From Octopus vulgaris (Eukaryota), in NCBI GenBank assembly GCA_951406725.2, contig OX597816.1, forward strand, positions 60,016,001 to 60,080,000: 64,000 nt of DNA. Reading direction: 5' to 3'. Of the stretch, positions 1 to 12,447 are shown one piece after another. The position numbers and the translations under genes are program-made. The notes below the pieces were generated by a model that saw only the letters and a list, made by a program, of their open reading frames with translations, did no database searches and was not told where the DNA came from. Positions within the stretch are counted from its first letter, which is position 1; each line of letters opens with the position of its first letter.

Positions 1-55
1 AGATTTGGACAGTACTCGCGTGTATGTGCGCACGCATGCAGCTGTATATGCATGC

Positions 56-97
56 ACTAGCAGCATGACCCGGCGTTGCCGGGTCATAGTGCTAGTT
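56..97. mobile_element. Helitron-like 3' terminus (GC hairpin + CTAG), palindromic on both strands
   Basis: actagcagcatgacccggc-gtt-gccgggtcatagtgctagt; the same end recurs at 32183. Confidence 0.5.
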
Positions 98-329
98 TAT
101 TTATAAAATTCAAACCCAAAGTTAATATTTATAAAATTCAGACTTAATACAATGTAGGTAGGGGGCTGTTCCTCTTTAAGGTGCATAGTTATTTGTTTAT
201 TCCAAAATCTCGTGCGATCTCACGTGATTTTATTGTGTTTTTATCCAAGACTGAGTTGAACATCAACGTTCATTGTGACGGACTTGAATAACTGTTGAGA
301 GCTCTCTCTCCCAACATGTAACCAATGGT

Positions 330-429
330 NNNNNNNNNNNNNNNNNNNNNNNNNNNNNNNNNNNNNNNNNNNNNNNNNNNNNNNNNNNNNNNNNNNNNNN
401 NNNNNNNNNNNNNNNNNNNNNNNNNNNNN
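330..429. other. Assembly gap (100 N)
   Basis: Run of 100 n; the true length is unknown. Confidence 1.
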
Positions 430-879
430 ATATATAGTTTGCTGGTGTATAGAACATAGATGTATAAGTGTTTAGTGTATATGTGGCTGTCTAAATCACT
501 GGTGTATATACATACATGGTTTGTGTATAGATCACTGCTGTTTTCATCACTAGTGTATAAATAACTAGCATATAGATTATCATTTAAAGTGAAATTACAG
601 CTTTAAGAAATTTATAATATAATCTTGGGCCTGTAAGAAGAATGATGTGATGTAAGATTCATTCCCTGCCCCAACCCACTGCAAGAAATTATCAATGCAA
701 GTGGAACAGCGTACCAAAACACTAGCAATTTTATAAAAGAGAGTTTGTGGAACATTGAATAAATTTAACTGCTATGCGAAGTAGAATGTTCAGTGTTTTA
801 GGTTTGGAACACAAACATAGAAGCAGCCAGAGATATGTAGACCCCTTTTTATTGATAAGTCTTTATAAATCTCTTATCA

Positions 880-1337
880 CTTTTACTTGTTTCAGTCATT
901 TGAGTGGACCACCGCCTTTAGTTGAGCACATCGACCCCAGGACTTATTCTTTGTAAGCCTAGTACTTATTCTATCAGTCACTTTTGCCGAACTGCTAAGT
1001 TATGGGGATGTAAACATATCCCCGTAAACACACCAGCAGTTGTCAGTTGTCAAGCGACATTGAGGGGACAAACACAGACATTCAAACATATACACACACA
1101 CACACATACATATATATGACAGACTTCTTTCAGTTTCTGTCTACCAAATCCACTCACAAGGATTTGGTCGGCCCAAGGTTATAGTAGACACTTACCCAAG
1201 GTACCACACAGACTGGAGCAACGTGAAATAAAGTGTCTTGCTCAAGGACACAATGCGTTGCCGGGAATCGAACTCACAACCTTACGATCATGAGCCGAAT
1301 GCCCTAACCACTAAGCCACGCGCCCTCACACTCAAAC

Positions 1338-1369
<32 letters not shown>

Positions 1370-1530
1370 GACAGACTTCTTTCAGTTTCTGTCTACCAAA
1401 TCCACTCACAAGGCTTTGGTCAGCCCGAGGCTATAGTAGACACTTGCCCAAGGTACCACGCAGTGAGACTGAACCAGGAACCATGTGGTTCATAAGCAAG
1501 CTACTTACCACACAGCTACTCCTACGCCTA
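880..1530 (-). mobile_element. Major tRNA-derived SINE (family A), interrupted by a second SINE fragment at ~1211-1327
   Basis: Matches the family consensus (head ggagtggctgtgtggtaagtagcttgct, internal (TA)/(TG)n, tail tgactgaaacaagtaaaaga) repeated many times in this window. Confidence 0.85.
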
Positions 1531-2749
1531 TATAAGTGTTTTATAAATATGTCTTTATTTATGACATATCTCAAAGCAAATTCATAGATAAATATTAGCT
1601 TATAACAAGTTGCGCTACAATCTGATATATTATATAAGCTTATTATTGTTTGGTAAGTTATTTAATGCTTTAGGCTGTTGGCCTTGGCAGTCATTGGACT
1701 GCAGGCATCATGCTGGAACACCACTTCGAGGATTTGGGGGGTTTTTTTCTAGTTAAACTTATAACCCCAGTACTTAATTTATTTTTTCTGAAAGTTTGAC
1801 ACTTATTCTATTGGGCTCTTTTGCTGAACTGCTAAGTTATGGAGATGTAAACAAACCAACACCCATTGTCAAGTGATGGTGGTGGTACAAGAAAAATGCA
1901 CGCACACACACACACACACACACATGATGGGCTTCCATACAGTTTCCATCTACTAAATTTACTCACAAGGCATTGGTTGACTTGGGGCTACAGTAGATGA
2001 CGCTTACTCAAGGTGCCGTGTAGTGGGACTGAACCTGAAAACAAATGGTTGCAAAGCAATCTTCTTAATCACACAGCCATGTCTCCCCCTATTTAAACAG
2101 TTTTAAGGAATAATTTCCAAGTAGATTGAAATAGAAAGAATTGTAAAGAAATAGTCATAGTTTAAGTTGAATGTAGCAGCAACTAGCTACAACAATCTGT
2201 GCAAAATGTCCTAAGTTATAATATTGTTTAGTGTAATGCCATGCAGTTCAAGGGCCAACCTAACATTTTATACCTTGATGACAAGAGTGATAAAAATATC
2301 AGTTACATATAGCAGTTGATTATAGTGACTGTACTGTCTGTGTGCTTGGTAAATTTTTATTGTAGGTTACTGTGAAATGAAACTTATCTATTTTAAAATA
2401 CTTATACCTGGGTCAGCCTTGGTTCTGCAGACTTATTGAACAAAACCTTTCCAGTTCTCACCATCTTGTCTTTCCTTTTTACACAATGTATTTTTAGATA
2501 CATTGTGTCCTTCATTTTTTTAGTAGAGTAAGGTGTGGAATCTCTAGCAACTCCAGTGATAGTGTGGATGTGTCCCTCATCATTAAATGTGAAGTTTATT
2601 GAGAGGTTATTGAAGTGAATGTTTGTTAACAGTGTTATTTTAATTCAAGTAGTTTATACGATATTTTATAATAAAAACAATAATAAAAAATTGCAATAAT
2701 GAAGCTTGTTATTTTATTGTTGTAAATGTCTACAAGTTTACAATAATGT

Positions 2750-2924
2750 TGAATTCTTTGCCATGAAACCACCTCAATTCTGGGAAGAGGGTATTTTCAA
2801 GTTAAAGGAAAGATGGAGACGCATTGTCCAACAAAATTTGGTTGATTAAAAATGTAATGGCAAGTATTTATTGACATTTTTCTTTCTTTTAAAAATCGAC
2901 ACAAACTTTCTGGACAACCCAATA
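2750..2924 (+). mobile_element. Mariner transposon 3' remnant (transposase C-terminus + right TIR + TA)
   Basis: Translates FFAMKPPQFWEEGIFKLKERWRRIVQQN (mariner-type C-terminus); ends aaactttctggacaacccaata-ta. Confidence 0.75.
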
Positions 2925-5900
2925 TAACAATGTTTATGTCTGACAGACATAAACACTGTTATAGTATACATTTTGTCAGCCTGTTATAGCATTCTACCAA
3001 CCATTAACAGATATAATATGCATTCTGTCAAACATCAACATAAATATAGCATTCTGTTACACTGAATGCTGCTATAACATACATTCTGTCCAAACATCAA
3101 CACTGTCATAATACTTATTCTGTCAATGTTATTAACAATCATATACATCACCATCATAACGACAATCCAAGAAGGATTTGTTGTTATATATTCCTTCAGA
3201 CTCACTCTCCAGTGCATGCTACCATTCAATTTTTGATGTATTTGGATTTCAGACTTACTTCCCTTAACTATCCTTTACAATAATCATCATTAATGTTAAT
3301 ATTGTCCATTTCTTTTTTTGTTTTTCATTATAGGTGTAATTCATTAAAAAATATTTGGATGCTGACTATGAAGTCTATTAGATCCTATAGGTTAATCCTG
3401 CAGAAGGTATTGGAAATTTTCACAAATTATTTTTCTATGATATCGTAGGCAAGAAGCCAGGTTTTGTTGGAGCAATTGTTTTTACAACTAAATATATATA
3501 TATATATATATTATGCAGGCATACCTGTGTGGATAGTCACAGGCATGGCTGTGTGATAAGAAGTTTGCTTCCCAACCACATCGTTCCAAGTTCAGTCCCA
3601 CTGTGTAGCATCTTGCGCTAATGTCTTCTACTATAGCCACAGGCTGACCAAAGCCTTGTGAAAGAAGCCCATCATGTGTATATGTGTGTGTGTGTATATA
3701 TATATGTATATTATAATAATAATATTAGAGAGTATAACTCCAAACTTACAGGGAAAAATTCAATTTAGTATTAAATCAAATTTCACAATATATATATATA
3801 TAAAATATAAATTAGAGATAAAGCCACTATTATGCAATTCAAACAATGATGAAAGAAGCCCATCATGTGTATTTTTATAAAACATATAACTAGATCACAA
3901 AAAGTATATACAATCAATATATAATAAGTAAAAAAAAACTATGTTAATGATACGTTTTTGAGAGATAAGTAAACTTTTTTATTTAAGAAATATTATTGTA
4001 CTCTATATAAATATTGATTGTTAAATATGAATTTATAATTTTTTATTTGTTAAATGATAATTTAGATATTATGTACATTTATCTAATTATTATATCTGAA
4101 CGCAAATTTTAAGATATTAGTTAGTCACTTTGCGATCTAGATCGTAAAAATGTTTTAATTTAACTATAAGCTTCGTATTATATTTCTAGTCATTTTATAT
4201 TACATTTAATAATAATAGTAATAATAAGTATTTTATAAAGATAGTTTATATGTTTTTAATTTGGTATTTTTCAATACTTAATATGTATAAATATTTTCTA
4301 AAGATATCTATAATACTTATGTAAGTAATAATGGACTAATTTATATATTGGTTATATGTTTATTGAGAGAAAAAATATAGATTTTTAATTACTATATTTG
4401 TTGATTATAATTAAGATACTTATTTTTATGTATTTATCATTTTATAATTATTATACGTGAACTAAAATCTAAAAATATTAATAGTTATTGTTTTGTTAAA
4501 TAGTTTGGTAATTAAATATTAGAGTATAACTAGGTTAAAGATATTCTATAGTTTATTAATGTTTTTTAAAGCTAAATTATATTTTCACAGATAAATACAT
4601 TTTTCTATTTTTTTACCTTAAATATTTAACATAATAAATGTATTGTAGGAAACTTATCCTAATGTTTTCGGTTTCAAATTTAGTTAATGGAGTTTCTTCT
4701 ATAATAAAAATCATTATTTTATTTATTTAAGAAACACACAAAAACCGTTAGATTCACTTCAACATTTAAATTTAATTTGTCAAAATATTTTCATTGCTTT
4801 GAGACAGCGACCAGTTCACTGACAAAATGTCGTGCAGATGACGCTTTTTACGCACCACCTGCACAGGAGCCAGTTGGGCGGGCCTGGTATCGATCACGTC
4901 ACCAGCACCGGCAAGGTAACAGCCCCTCAACTGTACTATCATACATTCCACATTTAAGGTGGTGAGCTGGCAGAATTGTTAGTGGCATTTTATTTGTCCT
5001 TATGTTCCAAGTTCAAATTCCACCAATGTCGACTTCACCCTTCATCCTTTCAGGGTTGATAAAATAAGTACTAGTTGAGCACTGGGGTCAGGCTTACCCT
5101 TTTCCCTGAAATTGATGGCCTTGTGCCAAATTATGAAACTAATGTATTTTAGATTTGCATCACTCAATCATACTTGTATACTTTTGTTTGTTTGGTACTG
5201 TTTAGCCCCAGGTCAACTCTGAGCGGACACATCATCAAAGCCATTCTAGCTGTGACCAATCAGTCTTTTTAAAGGTATCTAGGACTACATTTTCTAACTT
5301 ATTCTTTCCTTGTTTAAGGCAGTACAGTATCATTTGAAGAAGTTTTGGTTGCTATTTCTAGCAAGTTGAGCAACAACATAATTGCTCCTCTCTGGCTTCT
5401 GTTTCTTTACAAGCTGACTATTGGTCAGCAAGTTACCACTTTCTGGCCCTCTCATTGACAGTAGAAAGTTTTGACTAGTTTTTTTACCATTTATCTTTAG
5501 TTTCCGTTATAGGACTGTGGTCATGCTGGAGCACCACCTTGAAGGGCTTTAGTCAAATGAATTGATCCCAGAGCTTATTAATTCTTGAAGCCTAGTACTT
5601 ATGCCATTGATCACTTATGCTGAACAACTAAATCAAATGCTAAGTGGTGGTGGAGGACAAACAAAGGCACATACAATAGGCTTCATTCGGTTTTCATTTA
5701 CCAAATCCACTCACAAAGCTTTGGTCAGTCAAAGGCGCCGAGCAGTGAGACTGAACATAGAACCATGTGGTTGAAGAAGTAAACTTCTTATCACACAAGC
5801 ACTGCTGTGCCTGTAAGTATCTCTTGACCAGACAGGGCCCTGGGATGATGGGACCTCAGGGCCATAATGTGCATTCGAGGTGTTAATGTTTACTGAGTCC

Positions 5901-6300
5901 TGTGATTCACATCATGCCGATAGCTGTGCTCTTCATCTACAATCAAGCCATGTTGTTGCTTGTCCTGAACACTTACTTGCAACACTTATACAACCAATAA
6001 ACACAATTTTAAATCCTTACATTTAAATAATTTTCTTAAAAAAAGTTTAAATCTGATTTTGAAAACAAAACAATGAAGTTAAAATATTTATCAAAATGAT
6101 ACTTAATATTAATTTTATTTATTTATTTCATTTGTTGATTAATCGATAATTTATGAGATCATTAGTGTAATATGTTTATATCAAATGATATTGTCAGAAG
6201 CATAGTTTAGCAAGCTGTTTGTCGGATGTAGCTTTGAACAGAGGCTACCAAACTTTTCTGGAAGGTAGGCTGGATTGGAAATGTTTATGTATTTAGCAAA

Positions 6301-6458
6301 TAGGAGTGGCTGTGTGGTAAGTAGCTTGCTTACCAACCACATGGTTCCGGGTTCAGTCCCACTGTGTGGCATCTTGGGCAAGTGTCTTTTGCTACAGCCT
6401 CAGGTCGACCAAAGCCTTGTGAGTGGATTTGGTAGACGGAAACTGAAAGAAGCCCGTC

Positions 6459-6490
<32 letters not shown>

Positions 6491-6685
6491 CTGTGTTTCT
6501 CCCCCCAAAATCGCTTGACAACCGATGCTGGTTTGTTTACATCCCCGTAACTTAGCAGTTCGGCAAAAGAGACCGATAGAATAAGTACTAGGCTTACAAA
6601 GAATAAACCCTGGGATCGATTTGCTCAACTGATGACGGTGCTCCAGCATGGCCACAGTCAAATGACTGAAACAAGTAAAAGAGTA
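6301..6685 (+). mobile_element. SINE family A, full-length copy
   Basis: Complete head-to-tail match to the other copies. Confidence 0.9.
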
Positions 6686-7260
6686 ATTCAAAATTAGTAA
6701 AAATATTATCATTATATAATGCAATAGAAATAGCTTATTTTATGAGTTTGTTTTAAAAGTCTCCTGTTGTAATGAAGGGGCCAGTATACATTTAATGACA
6801 GATTGCAGTGACAAGTTAAATATTGTCAGTGAGGCTAAATATGGCAATTGTGCATTGGGGTGCATGTGGTACCAGTCAGTTTACTTGCATTTCTCAGTAG
6901 ACAGGTAAACATTTTTGGTCCCTCATCCTTTCTTAGAATCAATTATTCATGTAAACTATATTGTGACAGTGTCATGAAGAAGAAAACATTTATCAAATCC
7001 ATGTCCAAAGTGCCGCACAATGAGATTGAACCCAAGACCACAGGGTTGGGAAATAAACTTAACCACAGAGCCATACCTGTGTATGTGTGCGCATGTATAT
7101 ATATAGTGTATATATAGGCGGCGAGCTGGCAGAAACGTTAGCACGTCGGGCGAAATGCGTAGCCGTATTTCGTCTGCCGTTAAGTGTTCTGGGTTGAACC
7201 CTAGACCACAGGGTTAGGAAATAAACTTAACCACAGAGCCATACCTGTGTGTGCGTGCGC

Positions 7261-7294
<34 letters not shown>

Positions 7295-7894
7295 TATGTG
7301 TATTATGTTGCCATGTCTTGACATCACATGACAGTTGTAAATGAGCAACACTATCATATAAGGGATATCTCACATTTCCAATCTTCAATGAAAGCATGGC
7401 TAGCCATGGGGACATATTCCTTGCTGGGCACAGAAAATCTGCCACAGTGAATTCTACCGGGCCCATGCAAACATGGAAAATGGATGTTGATGATGCTAAC
7501 CAAATATAGATTAGTTAAAAAAAAAAAATTTTTTTTAAAAAGTAAAGAATTTTTGCCTACAGGGTCACATATTTAATACAGATGGCCAGTTCTGTTTGGT
7601 CTGGTCTGTAGGTCATAGTTTGCTGAATCTTGGCTTAAAATAGCAAATTTATTAACAGATAGTTTCAGACTTAAGAAATTCAAAAGAGTAATGTGAGACA
7701 AATACTCATAGAACATAGTAAGAAATGACAAGTTGCTTATGAATACCTTCAAAGATACCAAAAAACAGTAATTATGGTTGTGTATATAATTACTGGTACA
7801 AATCAACTGGTCTCAAAGAACTTGATTATTTCTATTAGAAAAAAAAAACCAAAAATAAATCTGAAAAGACAGTAAGCAGGAGCGTGTAGCTTAT

Positions 7895-8215
7895 TCATCA
7901 TCATCATCATCGTTTAATGTCCGCTTTCCATGCTAGCATGGGTTGGACGGTTCAACTGGGGTCTGGGAAGCCAGAAGGCTGCACCAAGCCTAGTCTGATC
8001 TGGCAGTGTTTCTACAGCTGGATGCTCTTCCTAACGCCAACCACTCCGTGAGTGTAGTGGGTGATTTTTACATGCCAGACGAGGCTGGCAAACGGCCATG
8101 ATCGGATGGTGCTTTTTACATGCCACCGGCACGGAGGCCAGACGAGGCTGGCAATGGCCACGATCGGATGGTGCTTTTTACATGCCACCGGCACAGAGGC
8201 CAGTCGGGGCGGCGC
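7895..8215 (-). mobile_element. RTE-LINE 3' tail fragment ending in (ATG)n
   Basis: Same sequence as the 3' end of the LINE at 36000-36588; internal gccaccggcac subrepeats. Confidence 0.8.
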
Positions 8216-8504
8216 TCACCATCATTTAATATCCACTTTTCCATGTTTGCATGAGTCGGACAGAACTTGCTGAGACATTTTCTGCAGCTAGATGTTCTTC
8301 TTGTCACGAACCCTATGGTCAGACATGTTTTTGTAGAACATTAGAAAGAAAAGAAGCAAGCAGCATTGCTTGTATGATACTAATACTCATTTACAACCAT
8401 TATGTGATGCCAAGACAAGAGTACACACAAAAACACACAAATCATCATCATATATACATATGTGCATACACAGGTGCACACACATACATATATATATATA
8501 TACT

Positions 8505-8850
8505 CTTTTACTTGTTTCAGTCATGTGACTGTGGCTATGCTGGAGCACCACCACCCCAGGACTTATTCTTTGTAAGCCTAGTACTTATTCTTTTGGTCTC
8601 TTTTGCCGAACTGCTAAGTTACGGGGATGTAAACACAATACCATCAGTTGTCAAGTGATGTTGGGGGAACAAACACAGACACACACACATGACGGGCTTC
8701 TTTCAGTTTCCGTCTACCAAATCCCCTCACAAGGCTTTCCGTCTACCAAATCCCCTCACAAGGCTTACCCAAAGTGCCACGTGGTGGGATTGAACCCGGA
8801 ACCATGTGGTTCGTAAGCAAGCTACTTACCACACAGCCACTCCTATGCCT
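8505..8850 (-). mobile_element. SINE family A copy
   Basis: Consensus match with a small internal tandem duplication (ttccgtctaccaaatcccctcacaaggct x2). Confidence 0.85.
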
Positions 8851-9152
8851 ACAAAAAAAAAAATGGACTTTATTAAATTTCCACCAACCAAATCTACTCA
8901 GGGCTATAATAGAAAACACATGTTCAAGGTACCATAGAGAGGGATTGAACCCAAGATCCCATGTACCTTGCCCTACCTGTGACAAAATAAGGGTAAGAGA
9001 AAGCTATTTTAGTCTGTGCATTAGAAATCTGACCATGACCGTGATTTGGAATTACAAGAGTATGAGACACAAGGTGGCGTTAGATCAAATGATTGGAATG
9101 TTATTAGTAGAAGAGTAACCTTTGGAATTAACTCTACCCTGTGAATGACCAT

Positions 9153-9245
9153 CTAAGCCGCTCGCTTTCTTACTTTGGAACCTCTCTTCTTTTTGTCTAG
9201 GAGTAGTCGCTGTCGGAGTTCCTTTCTTCTTGCATCTTCCTTTTC
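9153..9245 (-). CDS. NHEJ1: NHEJ1/XLF terminal coding exon 7, basic C-terminus (EKEDARRKELRQRLLLDKKKRGSKVRKRAA*)
   Basis: Acceptor ctgttttcctag|GAA, phase 0; TAG at 9155-9153. Lys/Arg-rich end as expected for XLF. Exons 1-7 total 972 nt = 323 aa + stop. Confidence 0.7.
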   Translation of the reverse strand, partial: EKEDARRKELRQRLLLDKKKRGSKVRKRAA

Positions 9246-9469
9246 CTAGGAAAACAGTGAAATAGAATTTGTACTTATTTCTTTTCTTTTTTTTTTTTTC
9301 ATATTCTTCATCATTATTTTTATCATGAATACCAACAGCATCAACAAAAAAACAACAGTAACAAGAAAAATCTGAAATCTGCCAACATTCCTTCCTCCAT
9401 ATGGCGCCACATGGAAGGACTTATCTCCTGTTAATCAAATTATATACATATATATATCACCATAATCAC

Positions 9470-9717
9470 TGTGACCGACCAGGCTATCAGATGTTGCTAC
9501 ACATCGCTGGTCACAATGCACTTCGCATTGCTTTAGCCTTCAAATGATGCCACCCCGCTGGCAAAGCGAGCAGGCTAACAGAAGAAAGAGTGAGAGAAAG
9601 TTGTTGCGAAAGAGTACAGGAGGGATCGCCACCATCCCCTGCGGCAGCCTCGTGGAGTGTTAGGTGTTTTCGCTCAATAAACACTCACAACGCCCAGTCT
9701 GGGAATCGAAACCGCGA
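9470..9717 (-). mobile_element. tRNA-derived SINE family B (truncated)
   Basis: Same as 25555-25835; related to 17114 and 56894. Confidence 0.75.
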
Positions 9718-10377
9718 TGGTATCTACATCAGTATGGCTTGTTCTAACAGAACATTCACATTTAAGAGGACATAAATATTACCTCGCAGTATTAATATTG
9801 TTTCTTGCTAGTATACATTTTTCAAAACATTTAATATTTTTATATTTTTGCCTTCCAATTCTAGTCTTTTTTCCAATAAAATTCTACTGGTATTGATAGT
9901 TATTCCAAAAATCTGTGGGTCAACTATTACATACAACTATTACATACATCTCACAATATAATTTATTCACTAATCCTTTAGCAAATAACAAACTAGCTGT
10001 CAGTAATAGAAAAATACCGATAGGATACTTGTATAATGTAGAGACCCCTTCAAAGCCAGATGCACTGTGTAACTAAGTGGTCTGCCTAGAAACATAAAGT
10101 GACAGCAGCAGCAGATTTTGAACTCATGACCCATGAGTTGGGATATTTGTAATTCATCCACTAAGCCTTCCACAGACATCAATATGATAGTCTAGATCAG
10201 TGTTCCTCAAAGTGAGTTCTGTGAAACAGCTTTAAAAGATCCCATATCCATAAGATAAGGGGTCTTCAAAGCTGATTCTACTGGTGTTGTATGAGCCACC
10301 AAGAAAGGCTACACAGTCGTTTAATCTGCTAGAAATAACATTCAAACATTCCTACTGTTTTAAAAATGATCAATACA

Positions 10378-10579
10378 TTAACCCTTTAGCATTTAAACTG
10401 GCCATATCTAGCCCAAATATTCTATCTATTCTATGTTCAAACTGAGCAGATCTAGCCTCTCACACCTACCCTACAATGTTATTCTAAAAATAAACAATCA
10501 CATCATTGAAATCTCAAAGCTACAAGATAATGCATTATTAACTCAAAATAATAAAGTAATCTGTATGTTGAAGGGTTAA
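10378..10579. mobile_element. piggyBac-like MITE
   Basis: TTAA-CCCTTTAGCAT...AAGGG-TTAA termini; a related copy lies at 24699-24927 in the opposite orientation. Confidence 0.7.
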
Positions 10580-10597
10580 ACAACATCTTCCAAGATA

Positions 10598-10995
10598 GGC
10601 GCAATAGTGGCTGTGTGGTAAGTAGCTTGCTTATCAACCACATGGTTCCAGGTTCAGTCCCACAGCGTGGCACCTTGGTTAAGTGTCTTCTACTATAGCT
10701 TCGGGCTGACCAAAGCCTTGTGAGTGGATTTGGTAGACAGAAACTGAAAGAAGCCCATTGTATATATGTATATATGTATGTGTGTGTATGTTTGTGTGTC
10801 TGTGTTTGTCCCCCAACATCGCTTGACAACCAATGTTGGTGTGTTTACGTCCCCGTAACTTAGCAGTTCGGCAAAAGAGACAGATAGAATAAGTACCAGG
10901 CTTACAAAGAATAAGTCCTGGGGGTCGATTTGCTCGACTAAAGGCAGTGCTTCAACATGGCCACAGTCAAATGACTGAAACAAGTAAAAGAAAGA
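10598..10995 (+). mobile_element. SINE family A, full-length copy
   Basis: Consensus match; ends about 35 nt from the exon 6 donor. Confidence 0.9.
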
Positions 10996-11030
10996 AGACC
11001 AAAGGACAAAGGGGAAAAAGATATACATGC

Positions 11031-11194
11031 CTTCTCTAGAATTTCTGTCATGGATGGTGAAGTCACAAGAGGACATATTTCTACCTCATTCTTTACTGGC
11101 TCCTTTTTATCCAGGTATGAAGTACCATTCAACCAAGAAGGGCCACCTGCTTTGTAAGCACATTGAGAACTTTCATTGTCATCACTAGTATCAC
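11031..11194 (-). CDS. NHEJ1: NHEJ1/XLF coding exon 6, low-complexity tail ((G)DTSDDNESSQCAYKAGGPSWLNGTSYLDKKEPVKNEVEICPLVTSPSMTEILEK)
   Basis: Acceptor tattttcag|GT, phase 1, in frame with exon 5; 164 nt open; ends at a non-canonical donor AAG|gcatgt (GC-AG), phase 0. Confidence 0.7.
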
Positions 11195-11763
11195 CTGAAA
11201 ATAAATTAAAATGATTAAATTAAATAAATTAAAACACAATTTTATCAATTGCAAAGAGAGTAAATTGCCTGGAATGTTAAAATTGTAGTTTAAGGATGAT
11301 GTATTCAAATATATTGCAAGAATTTTGTTGGGTCTTGGAACAGGGTTCTTATGTGCTTCACTGCAATGATAATGTAGCCAATATAGGATTGGCAGAACCC
11401 ATGGAATAGCAGAAAAAAATGCCATGCAGCGTTTAGTTATGGTTCTTTGCATTCTGTGTTCAAATCTTTCCAGAGTAACTTTTCTTTTCACCATCATCAT
11501 TGTTTAACATCTACTTTCTATGCTGGTATGGGTTGGACAGTGATAAGTCCAGCAAGCTAGAGGACTGCATCAAACTCTACTGTCTGCTTTAGCATGGTTT
11601 TTATGGCTGGATGCCCTTCTTAATGTCAATGTCCTTCCTAATGCCAAAACTCCACAGGATTTGATTACAGCCATTGCCCAAATGCAAAGCCTTTAATTTA
11701 AAATCCAGTGTTATGTTTGCTGTTATTTAACTCCAAGTCAGCTCTGATTGAGTAAACCTATGA

Positions 11764-12447
11764 TTAACCCTTTCATTACCGTATTTCTGTTGAGATGCTC
11801 TGTGTTTCGTTCAGTTAAATTTAAATATAACAGAGTACTGTAAATGCTCGAGTATAATCCGCATTTTCCCCCCAAAATTTAAAGGTCAAAATCCCTAGTG
11901 TGTATTATGCACGAGGTTAAAAATGAAACTTATTTTCTAAGCAATGTCCATGTCTCTATTTGCTGTCCAGCAATGCTTATTCCGATGCATTTTGTGATGT
12001 TGGACGCAAAAATACCTTAAACTAAGCCTGAAAGCAATGAAGTCATAAAAGAATCGTCCATAACATGCAGTAAGCAACATTTATTAAATATTATTACTGT
12101 TATTTCTTTATTTTTTGCTAACAAAATGCACAAAAATGCTACGTGTTTGTATTATGTTATATATACAATAATAATAAAGGACGTTACCATACACATTTTT
12201 ACAAACCAAGGTTTAGGTTTTTCAGAGGTACAGCCCCCTAAAAATCCTCTGCGCATTATACTCAAGGGCGGACTATACTCGAGGATTTATGGTATTTAGT
12301 AAAATAACTTAGTTATCATTAAGCTAGTGTTAGGAACATAAATTGTGACTAAGGTTTGGTGGAAGATTTTAATTCAAAATTTATGAAAACAAGATGTTTG
12401 TACTACAAAGCCAGAGGCAGTTTCAGCCAGGTTGGTATAGAAAGGTA
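11764..12447. mobile_element. piggyBac-like MITE hosting a nested Tc1/pogo-type MITE
   Basis: Outer ends ttaaccctttcattacc ... ggtatagaaagg; inner element listed separately. Confidence 0.6.
11838..12292. mobile_element. Tc1/pogo-type non-autonomous element with TA target duplication
   Basis: TA-ctgtaaatgctcgagtataatccgc ... gcggactatactcgaggatttatgg-TA (imperfect 25-bp TIRs). Confidence 0.8.

Noticed and set aside
3873-4730. Confident mitochondrial rRNA NUMT call
   Set aside because: Only composition and vague similarity support it; no conserved 12S/16S motif could be verified. Kept as an open finding.
6181-6724. Recurrent short ORFs such as DGLLSVSVYQIHSQGFGRPEA and MASFSFCLPNPLTRLWSA
   Set aside because: Translations of SINE family A; they recur at every copy and are not genes.
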